Assembly (NCBI GenBank): GCA_965215195.1
Contig: CBDCDC010000002.1
Span: 1,664,001 to 1,728,000, forward strand
Source: Candidatus Latescibacterota bacterium
Lineage (GTDB): Bacteria > Latescibacterota > UBA2968 > UBA8231
DNA length: 64,000 nt
Reading direction: 5' to 3'
Shown: piece by piece, positions 40,285 through 50,828 of the stretch
Layout of the letters: the number at the start of each line of letters is the position of its first letter
How positions within the stretch are numbered: position 1 is the first letter of the stretch
The notes under the pieces: model-generated
The model's input: only the letters and a program-made list of their open reading frames with translations
What the model was told of the DNA's origin: nothing
Databases searched by the model: none
Made by a program: the position numbers and the translations under genes

Positions 40285-41721
40285 TCAGGCCAACGACGCA
40301 AATTCCCATTCCTCCAACCCCACCATCCCTTCCACGGCCACCGGCATTCCCACGCCCAAACCCGCCACTTGCAGCGACCCCACCTCAATTTTTCCCTCCC
40401 GCACATCCAAGGCCACCAACCCGCTGCCCACCTCCCGATAGAGCTGCCCGTGCCTAGCCAAGCAGGCCGCTCGCTCGGCCGCGGTCAAGTGATCCAACCC
40501 CCGCACGTAGTGGTGCCCGTTGCGCTCAACGTGCCCAATCCCCAGCGCCGCCACGTGCGCCAAATCTTGGTGCAGGGGCACCACCGGCAGGTTCATCAGA
40601 TCCTCCCCTGAGAGAAAACAGCCCGCTCGCCGCCGCGCCAACGCCAGATTGGCCAGCGCCTTGACCAGCCCTTTGCACGCCTTGGACGAAACGCCCTCGT
40701 AGCCCAGCGCCAAGGCTTGGCGAAAGGTGTCTAGCGCATCGTCCGACTCGTCGATGAGCAAGGGACGACGCTCGGCCGCGGCCCGGATGCCCGATTCTAA
40801 GGCCGCATCCAAAGCCACGCTCCGCTCTAGGGGCTGCTCAACGTAGAGGATGCGCTCGTACAACCGCGGCTGTGCGGCTGCAATGCCATCGATCAAGCCA
40901 ATGACGGAGTCCATTTCCCGGTATTGCTCGTTGCCGTCGAGCGTGACCTTGTACTCGGCGTCGCGCCCGTCCAACAGCTCGGCAATCGCGGCCAAGCGCT
41001 CCAAGTCGGCCTCCAAATCGCCGTTCACCTTGACCTTGAAGTACGTCAGCCCTTGGCACTCGACGCAATCGGCCAGCGACTGGGGCAACCCGTCGTCCAA
41101 CTGCTCTTCGGGCGCAATATCGCTTGGGACAATCGGATCGGCCAATCCCACCGTGTGCCGCACGTGCAATTGCGCCAGCGGCGCAGCCCCTATCACTTGG
41201 CCGGGCTCCACCCCTTGCAGCTCGGGGTGAATCGCCCCCAGATCCAAGCCGAGGAGATTGGCCTTGAGCAACTCGAAGTAACTCGCGCCCACACCGCATC
41301 CCACCGCGTCAATCAGGGCGCGCTCCATTAGCGTGCTGCCGTGGACGGCCGTCAGCCGGTTCAGGCCGTGCGCGTCGCCAGCGGATATCGTCTGTGCATA
41401 ACCGGCCTGCCAGATGGCAAAAAACGACTTGGGCGATCGCCCTGCATCCAAATACGCCGACCGCGCCGACCGCGCCGACCACAGCAAGTCGGCGACATTG
41501 TCTTGGTAGCTTTTGGCCGGGTCCTTGTCGAACCATTTAGGTGGGAGAATGTCGGCTGCAACGCCTTGTACCGGCGTGCCGTTTTTTAGCGCGCCCTGAG
41601 CCACCACGTGGAGAATCGGCACGGCGGTCAGCACGGCCGCGCCGTATTTGAAGGGCATGCGGGTATGCACATTCCGCATGTAGAACCGCACGTCCTCAAG
41701 CCTTATTTCTGCGGCATTCAC
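40285..41721 (-). CDS. Uncharacterised enolase-superfamily-like protein
   Basis: RMPFKYG, YFKVKV, TLDGNEQY, YVEQP, LLIDESD, GVSSKACKG, ERNGHHY. Confidence 0.75.
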   Translation of the reverse strand: MNAAEIRLEDVRFYMRNVHTRMPFKYGAAVLTAVPILHVVAQGALKNGTPVQGVAADILPPKWFDKDPAKSYQDNVADLLWSARSARSAYLDAGRSPKSFFAIWQAGYAQTISAGDAHGLNRLTAVHGSTLMERALIDAVGCGVGASYFELLKANLLGLDLGAIHPELQGVEPGQVIGAAPLAQLHVRHTVGLADPIVPSDIAPEEQLDDGLPQSLADCVECQGLTYFKVKVNGDLEADLERLAAIAELLDGRDAEYKVTLDGNEQYREMDSVIGLIDGIAAAQPRLYERILYVEQPLERSVALDAALESGIRAAAERRPLLIDESDDALDTFRQALALGYEGVSSKACKGLVKALANLALARRRAGCFLSGEDLMNLPVVPLHQDLAHVAALGIGHVERNGHHYVRGLDHLTAAERAACLARHGQLYREVGSGLVALDVREGKIEVGSLQVAGLGVGMPVAVEGMVGLEEWEFASLA

Positions 41722-43154
41722 GAGAGTTGCACCTCCGCCAGCGGCTGCATGGCCGCGATATCGACCGCGCCGTCAACCCCAAGCCCAGGCCGTTGCAGGG
41801 AGCCGACCGCGATCTGGCCATCGCGGATGTCGACAAAGCCGCTCTGGCCCTCAAAGCGGTACAGATCGCCGTGCCGCTCAAAGCACCACGCCCGCTCAGC
41901 AGCCGACAAGTGGTCCAGCCCCCGCACATAGTGGTGCCCATTGCGCTCGACGTGCCCGATCCCCAACGCCGCTACGTGCGCCAAATCCTGGTGCAGGGAC
42001 ACCACTGGCACCACAGTCAGATCCTCGGCCGAGACAAAACAGGGGCGGCCCGCGGCCGTGCGCTGATAGGCGAGCGCACTGTTGGCCAGCGCCTTGACCA
42101 AACCCTTGCAACTCTTGGACGAGACGCCACTGTACCCCAAGTCCAACGCGCGGCGGAAGGAATCCAAGGATTCGTCTGACTCGTCGATCAGCAGGGGGCG
42201 TTTCGCCGCCAAAATCCCGAGATCTTTCTTTAGCGCGGGATCGAGGGAAAGGGCGCGGTCCATGGGCTGTTCGACGTAGAGAATGCAGTGGTAAAACGCC
42301 CCCAATTCCCTTTCAACTCGCTCCAACAAGGCCAGCAAATCGGCCGCGTTGCCGTACTGTTCGTTGCCGTCGAGCGTGACGTGGTACTCCGCGCCGCTCT
42401 CGTCCAACAGCGAGGCAATCTCGGCTAAGCGGTCGAAGTCGTCCGCCGGATCGCCGCCGATCTTGATCTTGAAATAGCGCAGGCCCTGGGCCTGAATGCA
42501 CTCCTCCAAGGACTGGGGCAATCCGTCGTTCAACCGCTCCTCGGGCGCAATTGCGGCCGTGCGGATGGGATCGACCAAGCCGACCGTATGGCGGATGTAC
42601 AGCGAGCGCACCGGCACCGCCGGTAGTACCGCCGCAAGGTCCAGCCCCGCTAGCTGCGGGTGAATCCTCTCCAGCGCCAATCCGAGGACATTGTCCTGCA
42701 ACAGCGCAAAATAGGGCTGCCCCAGCGCGACCCCCAAGCCGTCGATGAGTGCCCGTTCCATCAGGGCCGCGCCGTTGGACGCCAGCAGGTCGTTTGCGCC
42801 CCGCGCCCGACCCCACGCCCGACCAGCCTCGTAGCCCGCCTCCCAGATTGCGAATGGGGTCGCGCCGGCCCGACCCGACTCCCGATACGCGGTGGCGGCC
42901 GCTCGCGCTCCATCCACCAAGTCCCGGATGCCCTCGGCCATTGACTTGCTTGGGTCTTTGTCGAACCACCTAGGCGACAGCATGTCCGCGGACCAGCCCC
43001 GCGCCTGCTGGCCATTGCCCAGCTCTAGGTCCATGGCCACGTGCAGCGCGGTCAGGCTATCGGCGACCACGTTGCCGAACTTAAACGGCATGCGCATCCG
43101 CATCTCGCGCACGTAAAATTCGATGTTTTTAATCGCCACTAACATGCAGCTCAA
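41718..43154 (-). CDS. Uncharacterised enolase-superfamily-like protein, tandem paralog
   Basis: RMPFKFG, YFKIKI, TLDGNEQY, YVEQP, LLIDESD, ERNGHHY. Confidence 0.75.
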   Translation of the reverse strand: MSCMLVAIKNIEFYVREMRMRMPFKFGNVVADSLTALHVAMDLELGNGQQARGWSADMLSPRWFDKDPSKSMAEGIRDLVDGARAAATAYRESGRAGATPFAIWEAGYEAGRAWGRARGANDLLASNGAALMERALIDGLGVALGQPYFALLQDNVLGLALERIHPQLAGLDLAAVLPAVPVRSLYIRHTVGLVDPIRTAAIAPEERLNDGLPQSLEECIQAQGLRYFKIKIGGDPADDFDRLAEIASLLDESGAEYHVTLDGNEQYGNAADLLALLERVERELGAFYHCILYVEQPMDRALSLDPALKKDLGILAAKRPLLIDESDESLDSFRRALDLGYSGVSSKSCKGLVKALANSALAYQRTAAGRPCFVSAEDLTVVPVVSLHQDLAHVAALGIGHVERNGHHYVRGLDHLSAAERAWCFERHGDLYRFEGQSGFVDIRDGQIAVGSLQRPGLGVDGAVDIAAMQPLAEVQLS

Positions 43155-44536
43155 CTCGCGGCCAAGACCCGCCGCGCCTTATCCATCTGTTCGGCCACGG
43201 CCTGCGGGCCGGTGCCGCCCTCTATGTTGCGGCGCGCCAAGCTGTGGCGCACGTCGAGCAAGCCGAGCGCGTCCTCGCCAAAATCCGCGCTGTACGCACG
43301 CAGATCGTCCAAGCCGAGGTCGGTGAGCGCACGGCCTTGCTCCAGCGAAGCCCGCACCAAGCGGCCAACCGCGCGATGGGCCTCGCGGAAAGGCACGCCG
43401 CGGCCCACCAAATAGTCGGCCAAATCCGTTGCCAAAGCCGTGGAATCCACCGCGGACTCCATCCGCTCGGCGCGCACCTCCATGCTCTCCCAAGCACCGG
43501 CAAAAACCGCTAGGCAAATGGCCGACGTTTCCAGCGCATCGAAGAGCGGCTCCTTGTCTTCCTGCAAATCCTTGGCATACGTCAACGGCACGGCCTTCAT
43601 GGTCGTCAGCAACGCCATCAAACTGCCGTACACCCGGCCGGTCTTGCCGCGCACCAGCTCCAGCGCGTCCGGGTTTTTCTTTTGCGGCATCATGCTAGAG
43701 CCGGTGGCAAAGTGATCGTCGAGCTCGACAAAGCCAAACTCGGCCGACGACCAGACGATCAAATCCTCGCAGAAGCGGCTCAAGTGCATCATTAAGATCG
43801 CCAGTGCGGATAGGGTCTCTAGCAGAAAATCGCGGTCGCTGACCGCGTCGAGGCTGTTGGGGGTCACCTGCGAGAACCCAAGTTCGCGGGCGAGGAAGGC
43901 CCGGTCGAGCGGAAACGCGCTCCCGGCCAAGGCCCCGGAACCCAACGGCAGAAAGTCGGCCCGCCGCCAAGCATCCCCCAACCGCCCGCGGTCGCGCTCC
44001 AACATCCAAAACAGCGACAGCGCGTAGTGGGAGAAAAGCACGGGTTGCGCCTGTTGTAAGTGCGTATAGCCGGGCAGGACCACGCGACTGTGCCGCTCGC
44101 CCGATGCCAGCAGCACGCCTTGCAGGTGGCGAATCTGAGCTTGGAGCGACGCAATCGCGCCCCGCAGGTAGAGCCGCTCATCTAAGTTGACTTGGTCGTT
44201 GCGGCTGCGCCCGGTGTGCAGCTTGCCCCCGGCCGGGCCGATCAGCTCGGTCAGCCGCTGCTCCACCGCCATGTGGATGTCTTCAAGCGCGTCCGGGAGC
44301 GCGCAGTCCGGGGCTGAAAATTCTTTCTGCACCTGCTTTAGCCCCGCTTCGATCTGCTCCAGCTCCCCCGCATTGAGGACGCCGGCCCGCCGCAGGGCGC
44401 GGGCGTAGGCCACGCTGCCTGCAATATCGGCCTCTAACAGCTTGCGGTCGAAGCCAATAGAGGCGTTGAAGCGCTCCATCAACTCGGCCGGCGCGGACTG
44501 AAACCGCCCGCCCCAAGGCGTTTGCACCGCGGCCAT
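43151..44536 (-). CDS. argH: Argininosuccinate lyase
   Basis: WGGRF, LHTGRSRNDQ, PGYTHLQQAQP, GSSMMPQKKNPD. Confidence 0.96.
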   Translation of the reverse strand: MAAVQTPWGGRFQSAPAELMERFNASIGFDRKLLEADIAGSVAYARALRRAGVLNAGELEQIEAGLKQVQKEFSAPDCALPDALEDIHMAVEQRLTELIGPAGGKLHTGRSRNDQVNLDERLYLRGAIASLQAQIRHLQGVLLASGERHSRVVLPGYTHLQQAQPVLFSHYALSLFWMLERDRGRLGDAWRRADFLPLGSGALAGSAFPLDRAFLARELGFSQVTPNSLDAVSDRDFLLETLSALAILMMHLSRFCEDLIVWSSAEFGFVELDDHFATGSSMMPQKKNPDALELVRGKTGRVYGSLMALLTTMKAVPLTYAKDLQEDKEPLFDALETSAICLAVFAGAWESMEVRAERMESAVDSTALATDLADYLVGRGVPFREAHRAVGRLVRASLEQGRALTDLGLDDLRAYSADFGEDALGLLDVRHSLARRNIEGGTGPQAVAEQMDKARRVLAAS

Positions 44537-45732
44537 CAGACACCTTGGCGCAAGATCTCGTCGAATACATCTACTGCCTCGTCGATGCGATCGCGCTCGA
44601 CGATCAGCGGCGGCAGGAAGCGCACCACATCGGCCCCGGCCGTGGCCACCAAAATGTCGCGCTGGCGGAAGGCGGCCAGATAGTCGGCGGCCGGTTGGCG
44701 GGTTACTGCGCCGGCGATCAGCCCTCTGCCGCGGATTTCGGCGATGTGCTCAGGCCAGCGCTGTTGCAGCTTTTGCAGGCGGCCAATCAGGTATTCGCCT
44801 TTTTCGCGCACCCCGTCGATAAAACCCGGCTCCAGCAGCTTGTCCAAGACCGCGGTCACCGCGGCGCAGGCCACCGGGTTGGCCCCGAACGTCGCAGCGT
44901 GGTCGCCGGCCTCAATGGCGTCGGCCACCTTCTGCCGCAAGAGCGCGACCCCGATCGGCAAGCCGCCGCCGAGGGCCTTGGCCAAGGTCATAATATCCGG
45001 CTCAACCTCGTATTGTTGATAGGCCCACAGCGATCCCAAGCGCCCGCACCCCACTTGGATCTCGTCGAAGACCAGCAGCATCTCCCGCTCGTCGCACAGG
45101 TGCCTCAGCCCGGTGAGAAATGCCCCAGTCGCCGCGTGGATCCCACCCTCGGCTTGCACCGGCTCAACCAAAATCGCGCAGGTCTGATCCGCGACCAGCG
45201 ACTCCACCGAGGCCAAATCGTTGAATCGGGCGAAGTCAATGCCCGGCAGCAACGGCTCAAACCCCTTGTGGTACTTGGGCTGGCCGGTCGTCGAGATAGA
45301 GCCATAGGTCCGCCCGTGAAAGGAATTTTCAAAGGCGATGAGGCGGTTTTTGGGCGGGTCGTGGGTGGTGTTGCCCCACTTGCGGCAGAACTTGAGCGTG
45401 GCCTCCCACGCCTCGGTGCCGCTATTGCAGAAGAACACCCGGTCGGCAAACGAGTGCTCAACCAGCCGCTGGGCCACCTCGACTGAGGGGATTGTGTGGT
45501 AGAGGTTGGACACGTGCATCAGTTTGGCGGCCTGGGCCTCAATGGCCTTGAGCACCTCGTAGTCGCCGTAGCCCAACGCGTTGACCGCCAAGCCGCTGAC
45601 AAAATCGAGATAGCGGTTGCCGTCCATGTCGAAGAGATAGACCCCATTGCCCCGCTCTAGCACGAACTCGGGCCGGCCGTAGGTCTGCAAAATGTACTGC
45701 GCCTCGCCCTTGATAATGTCTTGGGTTTTCAT
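44536..45732 (-). CDS. argD: Acetylornithine aminotransferase
   Basis: YLDFVSGLAVNALGY, FFCNSGTEA, SFHGRT, FDEIQVG, TLAKALGGG. Confidence 0.93.
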   Translation of the reverse strand: MKTQDIIKGEAQYILQTYGRPEFVLERGNGVYLFDMDGNRYLDFVSGLAVNALGYGDYEVLKAIEAQAAKLMHVSNLYHTIPSVEVAQRLVEHSFADRVFFCNSGTEAWEATLKFCRKWGNTTHDPPKNRLIAFENSFHGRTYGSISTTGQPKYHKGFEPLLPGIDFARFNDLASVESLVADQTCAILVEPVQAEGGIHAATGAFLTGLRHLCDEREMLLVFDEIQVGCGRLGSLWAYQQYEVEPDIMTLAKALGGGLPIGVALLRQKVADAIEAGDHAATFGANPVACAAVTAVLDKLLEPGFIDGVREKGEYLIGRLQKLQQRWPEHIAEIRGRGLIAGAVTRQPAADYLAAFRQRDILVATAGADVVRFLPPLIVERDRIDEAVDVFDEILRQGV

Positions 45733-45748
45733 GGTTTTCTCCGTCGTC

Positions 45749-46639
45749 CTACTGGACAATTTGGGTGCCAATGCCCTGCCGGGTGTAAAACTCGAGCAAC
45801 ATCGCATGCGGCACGCGCCCGTCGATGACGTGGGTTTTGCGCACACCAGCTTTGACGGACCTGACACAAGCTTCGACCTTGGGGATCATTCCGCCGCGGA
45901 TCACGCCTTGGTCAATCAGCGCGCTCACCTCAGAGACGCGCACGGTTGATAGCAGGGTCGCAGCGTCTGCGAGATCGCGCATAATGCCCTGTACGTCCGT
46001 CAAAAAAACCAATTTATCGGCGTACAGGGCCGCAGCGATTTCCCCGGCCGCCGTATCGGCATTGACGTTGAGGCTCTCGCCCTCCGGGCCGCGGCCAATC
46101 GGCGCAACCACCGGAATCATGCCCTTGTCTATCAAGGCCAACAAAGGCGCGGTATCCACGTGCGCGACATCGCCGACATAGCCGATGTCCACGGTGCCGC
46201 CATCGGTCGTCTGGGCCCAGTGCTTGCGCACCCGCATGATCCCGGCGTCTTTGGCCGAGACGCCCATGGCCCGCCCGCCCAACTCGCCAATCTCGCGGAC
46301 GATCTGCGCGTTGACCTCGCCAAAGAGCACATCCTCGACCACCTTCATCGTCGCCGCATCCGTCACCCGCAGCCCATTTACGTGCTGGCTTTCAATGCCC
46401 AGCTTTTGCAGGCGGCAGGTGATGGCCGGACCACCCCCGTGGACCACGACCGGAAAAATGCCGACCGCCTGCATGAAGACGATGTCCCTGTGTACAGTGT
46501 GCCCGCTGTCCATAGTGCTGCCGCCGTATTTGACGACCATCACTTTGCCGCGAAAATCCTGCAAATAAGGCAGGGCCTCGATCAGAGTCTCGGCTTTGTC
46601 AATCTGGGACTGCAAGCCCTGCAAGACCTCGGCGTCCAT
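45749..46639 (-). CDS. argB: Acetylglutamate kinase
   Basis: VVKYGG, VVVHGGGP, GLRVTD, NVNAD, GGMIPKV. Confidence 0.95.
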   Translation of the reverse strand: MDAEVLQGLQSQIDKAETLIEALPYLQDFRGKVMVVKYGGSTMDSGHTVHRDIVFMQAVGIFPVVVHGGGPAITCRLQKLGIESQHVNGLRVTDAATMKVVEDVLFGEVNAQIVREIGELGGRAMGVSAKDAGIMRVRKHWAQTTDGGTVDIGYVGDVAHVDTAPLLALIDKGMIPVVAPIGRGPEGESLNVNADTAAGEIAAALYADKLVFLTDVQGIMRDLADAATLLSTVRVSEVSALIDQGVIRGGMIPKVEACVRSVKAGVRKTHVIDGRVPHAMLLEFYTRQGIGTQIVQ

Positions 46640-47115
46640 CACTGCTCCTCGCCGCACACCGCGTTGATCTTATCGACTAGCTGGGCCGCATCTTGCTCGG
46701 AACGGGTGACGATAAAAATCGTATTCTCGCCGGCAAGCGTACCCGCAACCTCGGCCCAACCAATGCGATCAATGGCCTCACAGACGCTCTGGGCGTGCCC
46801 GGACGCGGTCCGCACCAGCACCATGTTGATCACCTGTTCGGTCTGGACCAAGAAGTCCTGCAACTCTCTCTCTAGAATGTGCAGGTCGCGCAGCGTAGCC
46901 CCGGCTTCGGGCAGCGTATAGCGAAATCCCCCATCGGCCTGCGGCACCCGGACCACGCCTATTTCGCGCAAGTCTTTCGACAAGGTAGATTGACTGACCT
47001 CAATGCCTTGTTGCTGGAGGACCTCGGCCAATTTCTCGTGCGTATCAACGGCTCTTCTGTAAAGCAGCTCCCGTATGCGGGTCTGCCGGATCTGTTTATT
47101 CTGTTTATTACGCAT
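46639..47115 (-). CDS. argR: Arginine repressor
   Basis: SQSTLSKDLRE, VLVRT..G.A, GTLAGENTIF. Confidence 0.92.
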   Translation of the reverse strand: MRNKQNKQIRQTRIRELLYRRAVDTHEKLAEVLQQQGIEVSQSTLSKDLREIGVVRVPQADGGFRYTLPEAGATLRDLHILERELQDFLVQTEQVINMVLVRTASGHAQSVCEAIDRIGWAEVAGTLAGENTIFIVTRSEQDAAQLVDKINAVCGEEQ

Positions 47116-47173
47116 AATTTATTATTTAATTGAAATAAAAATTGAAGTTAGATTGCCGCAGAGACTGTGTCAA
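47116..47173 (-). promoter_or_regulatory. argR operon promoter with AT-rich ARG-box-like region
   Basis: Minus strand TTGACA-N17-TAACTT followed by a very AT-rich stretch up to the ATG. Confidence 0.55.
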
Positions 47174-47189
47174 GCAAGGCGCAGTCGCA

Positions 47190-48005
47190 CTACACTTCCG
47201 CGGCAACTGAGTCGATAGACACTTTGGTTCGGCCCGAGGCCATCTGCTCTTGTAGGCGCAATTTGAGTTGCCGGCGGTCCAGCCCCCGCCAAAAGACCCC
47301 GCCGATGGCCAGCGAAATGGTGCTGTTCTCCTCGGAGACGACGATGACTACCGCGTCCGATTCCCGCGATAGACCCAATGCCGCCCGATGGCGGGTTCCC
47401 AGCCGCTGGTCTTCGACCTCTTCCGCCAGAGGCAAAGTACAGCGGGCGGCCACCAAGCGCTCGCCTTGGATGACGACAGCTCGGTCGTGCAGCGGAGTGC
47501 GCGGGCTGAAGATCGTGGTCAGCAAATCGCCCGACACCTCTGAGTTTAGGCGCACCCCGGTCTCAATAACCGGCCTGATCTGAACTTGGCGCACCAGCAC
47601 GATCAGCGCTCCGTACCCCAAGTCGGCCAAGCGCTCAACCCCGCTGACGACCTCGTCAATGACCCGCGACGGCTCGGCCTTGTAAAACCAGCGGAACGCC
47701 GGGGTCTGGCCCAAGACTTGGAGGAGACGCCGTAGTTCGGGCTGAAAGAGGATGACTAGCAAGATTAGCAGAATGGAGCGCGCCTGCTCCAAAAGCCAAG
47801 ACAGGGCGTTCATATTGAGCCAAGGCGCGGCCAAGGCCACGAACACCATTAGCAGTAGCCCGACGACCATGTGCGCGGCTCGGGTTTCCTTGATCAGGGA
47901 GAGCAAACGAAAAAAAATAAAGCCCACCAGCAGGATATCCACCACAGAGGTCAGCGAGACAGGCAGAAAGCCAAAGAGGTGGAACAGAATCGGGTCTTTC
48001 AGCAC
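47190..48005 (-). CDS. cdaA: Diadenylate cyclase CdaA
   Basis: Three TM helices, LFQPELRR, TPLHD, GTRHRAALG, VSEE; GTG start overlapping the folP stop. Confidence 0.9.
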   Translation of the reverse strand: MLKDPILFHLFGFLPVSLTSVVDILLVGFIFFRLLSLIKETRAAHMVVGLLLMVFVALAAPWLNMNALSWLLEQARSILLILLVILFQPELRRLLQVLGQTPAFRWFYKAEPSRVIDEVVSGVERLADLGYGALIVLVRQVQIRPVIETGVRLNSEVSGDLLTTIFSPRTPLHDRAVVIQGERLVAARCTLPLAEEVEDQRLGTRHRAALGLSRESDAVVIVVSEENSTISLAIGGVFWRGLDRRQLKLRLQEQMASGRTKVSIDSVAAEV

Positions 48006-48847
48006 GGCACTTGGCCCCGCACGGCCTCGACTAAGCGAACGGCCCGCAGCGTCGCGGCCACATCGTGGACCCGCAGCACGTGGACGCCCGCTCCAGCCGC
48101 GAGCGCGGCCGCGGCCAAGCTGCCCTCCAAGCTCTCGGCGGCCGAGAGCCCGAGCGTTTTCCATATAAAGGACTTGCGCGAAGCACCCACCACCAGCGGG
48201 CACTCCAAGCCCAAGAAGCGCTCTAGCATCCCCAATAAGGCGAGGTTGCCCTCCGGCGACTTGCCGAACCCCAAGCCCGGATCCACGGCCACGCGCTCAA
48301 CGCCTCGAGCTTGGGCCACGCGTACGCGCCCTTCTAGGAAGGCGTATACTGTCCCAAGCAAGTCGTCGTAGTGAGTATGCTGCTGCATGGTAGCCGCCGC
48401 GCCCCGGCGGTGCATCAGTACCACGGGGGCTTTGGCCTGTGCGGCGACCTCGGCCATAGCTGGATCGTGCCGCAGGGCGCTAATGTCGTTGATAATATCG
48501 GCGCCGGCCCCAAGGGCCCGGTGCGCCACCGCGGCCTTGACCGTATCGACCGAGATGGGCACATCGCTCTGGCGGCGGAGGCCCTCGACGACCGGGAGAA
48601 CTCGGGCGCATTCCTCGACGACCGAGACGTCTGCGGCGACCCCGTACAGCGGTGGCCGCGACGATTCGCCGCCTATATCGACAATCGCCGCCCCTTCCTC
48701 CACCATCTCCAAGCCGCGCTCCACCGCGGCCCTCGGCTCGCAGTAGCGGCCCCCGTCGTAAAACGAATCGGGCGTCACATTGAGGACGCCCATGAGCTGT
48801 ACTTGATTGCCAAAGTGGAGGGCGCGACCTCCCAACTCCCAGATCAC
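47999..48847 (-). CDS. folP: Dihydropteroate synthase
   Basis: MGVLNVTPDSF.DGG, DIGGESSRP, DPGLGFGK, SRKS, RVHDV. Confidence 0.95.
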   Translation of the reverse strand: MIWELGGRALHFGNQVQLMGVLNVTPDSFYDGGRYCEPRAAVERGLEMVEEGAAIVDIGGESSRPPLYGVAADVSVVEECARVLPVVEGLRRQSDVPISVDTVKAAVAHRALGAGADIINDISALRHDPAMAEVAAQAKAPVVLMHRRGAAATMQQHTHYDDLLGTVYAFLEGRVRVAQARGVERVAVDPGLGFGKSPEGNLALLGMLERFLGLECPLVVGASRKSFIWKTLGLSAAESLEGSLAAAALAAGAGVHVLRVHDVAATLRAVRLVEAVRGQVPC

Positions 48848-50781
48848 GCCCCATCCTCGTCGGTCAAGTCGCGCACCGGTTTGCGAGCGAGAGGCTCTCC
48901 GGCCAAGACCTGGTCGATCTCCGGGTCATCGAGGACCTCGTATGCGAGGAGGGCGCGGGCCAGCGAGTGCAGCTTGTCCTCGTTTTCCCCGAGGATGCGC
49001 AGCGCGGTTTCCTCGGCCTCCACCACTAACTTGCGGATCTCGCGATCGACGGCTTGGGCAGTCTCCTCGCTCAGGTGACGACTGCGGGTGAAGTCCTTGC
49101 CGAGAAAGACCTCGTCGTCGCCACCGCCCAGCGAGAGGGGGCCGAGATCTTCGTTCATACCCCAATCGCAGACCATCGAACGGGCCAAGCGCGTCACTTG
49201 CTGGTAGTCGCCTTGGGCTCCGGTTGAGCGCTCGGCAAAGATCAATTTCTCGGCTGTGCAACCGCCCAGCGCCGTGGCCAAGTGCGCCTTCAGCCGCGTC
49301 TCGGTCAGGGAACGCCGCTCGTCGGCCAGAAAGGAAACCATGCCCATGGCCTGCCCTCGCGGGATGATGGTGGCCTTGCCAATGGCCGGGCCGCCTTTGA
49401 GGCTCTTGGCGACCAAGGCGTGGCCCGCTTCGTGGTAGGCCGAAAGCCGCTGATCCTCCTCGGTCAGGACCATGCTGCGGCGCTCGGCTCCGAGCATCAC
49501 CTTGTCTTTGGCCGCTTCAAAGTCGCCCATGTCAACGGTCTTGCGATCGCGCCGCGAGGCCAGCAAGGCCGCTTCGTTGACCAAGTTCTCCAAATCGGCT
49601 CCAGAAAGCCCGGGCGTACCCTGTGCCACCTTTTGCAAATCGACGTCTGGGTCCAGCGGCACCTTGCGCACGTGGACTTTGAGGACGCCCTCCCGACCCC
49701 TGACGTCGGGCAGATCAACCACCACCCGGCGGTCGAAGCGGCCAGGCCGCAACAGGGCCGGGTCGAGTACGTCTGGGCGATTGGTCGCGGCGATGAGAAT
49801 GACGCCGTCGTTGGACTCAAAGCCGTCCATTTCTACTAGGAGCTGGTTGAGGGTCTGCTCGCGCTCGTCGTGGCCGCCGCCAATGCCCGCGCCGCGGTGG
49901 CGACCCACCGCGTCGATTTCATCGACGAAAATTAGGCACGGGGCATTGGCCTTGCCCTGTTCAAAGAGGTCGCGTACGCGCGAAGCCCCAACGCCGACGA
50001 ACATCTCGACGAAATCCGAGCCGCTAATCGAAAAGAAGGGCACGCCCGCTTCGCCGGCCACCGCGCGCGCCAAGTGCGTCTTGCCCGTACCGGGTGGCCC
50101 GACCATCAAGACGCCCTTGGGAATCCGCCCGCCGAGGCGCTGGAACCGGTGGGGATCCTTGAGAAATTCTATGATCTCCTCTAGCTCTTTCTTGGCCTCG
50201 TCGGCCCCGGCCACGTCGGCAAAGGTCGCCTTGTGCTTGTCTTCCAACAGGAGCTTGGCCCGACTTTTGCCAAAGGAAAACAGCCCGCGCGCACCGCCCT
50301 GCATCTGCCGCAACATGAATATCCAGAAGGCGATAAGCAGCAGCCACGGCAAAAAGCTTAAGAGGAAAGTGTACCAGCGGAAGGGTTCTTCCTCAAAGCG
50401 AAAATCGACCCCTTTTCCCCCCCATTCGCGCTTGGTCTCCGAGTCTATTGGCCCCAAGTTGACCACAAAGCGGGTCCCGTCGTGCAAGACGCCTTCGAAC
50501 TCGCGCTCGCCCACGATGACGGCCTCGGCGATGCGGCCATCCTCCAAGTACTGGCGGTATTCCTTGTAGGAGACGAGCTGAGGGTCGGAAGGTCTGCTGC
50601 CAAAGAACTTGGCGGCGAAGATCATCACCAACACAAAGAAGAGCCAAAACGCCTGGGCCCGCGAGGGGCGGCGCCAGCGGCGCGGCTTGTCTTCGCCGTC
50701 GGCCTGCTGGCGATCCGACCCACGGTCGTCCCTAAGGCGCGTGGGTCGCTCCTCCTCGTCCTGCTTTTTTCGTTCCTCCAT
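48844..50781 (-). CDS. ftsH: ATP-dependent zinc metalloprotease FtsH
   Basis: [29 protein letters not shown]. Confidence 0.97.
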   Translation of the reverse strand: MEERKKQDEEERPTRLRDDRGSDRQQADGEDKPRRWRRPSRAQAFWLFFVLVMIFAAKFFGSRPSDPQLVSYKEYRQYLEDGRIAEAVIVGEREFEGVLHDGTRFVVNLGPIDSETKREWGGKGVDFRFEEEPFRWYTFLLSFLPWLLLIAFWIFMLRQMQGGARGLFSFGKSRAKLLLEDKHKATFADVAGADEAKKELEEIIEFLKDPHRFQRLGGRIPKGVLMVGPPGTGKTHLARAVAGEAGVPFFSISGSDFVEMFVGVGASRVRDLFEQGKANAPCLIFVDEIDAVGRHRGAGIGGGHDEREQTLNQLLVEMDGFESNDGVILIAATNRPDVLDPALLRPGRFDRRVVVDLPDVRGREGVLKVHVRKVPLDPDVDLQKVAQGTPGLSGADLENLVNEAALLASRRDRKTVDMGDFEAAKDKVMLGAERRSMVLTEEDQRLSAYHEAGHALVAKSLKGGPAIGKATIIPRGQAMGMVSFLADERRSLTETRLKAHLATALGGCTAEKLIFAERSTGAQGDYQQVTRLARSMVCDWGMNEDLGPLSLGGGDDEVFLGKDFTRSRHLSEETAQAVDREIRKLVVEAEETALRILGENEDKLHSLARALLAYEVLDDPEIDQVLAGEPLARKPVRDLTDEDGA

Positions 50782-50805
50782 GACAGATGCTCTAGGTCAA
50801 GTCAC

Positions 50806-50828
50806 GCCTAAAGGCGCGGTGAAGCACC
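50806..50828. repeat. Partial copy of the REP-like palindrome at 10291, embedded in the tilS 3' end
   Basis: GCCTAAAGGCGCGGTGAAGCACC identical to 10293-10315. Confidence 0.65.

Noticed and set aside
49472-50569. 365-aa plus-strand ORF (and many similar overlapping ORFs in the track)
   Set aside because: Antisense or alternate-frame shadows of conserved high-GC genes such as ftsH.
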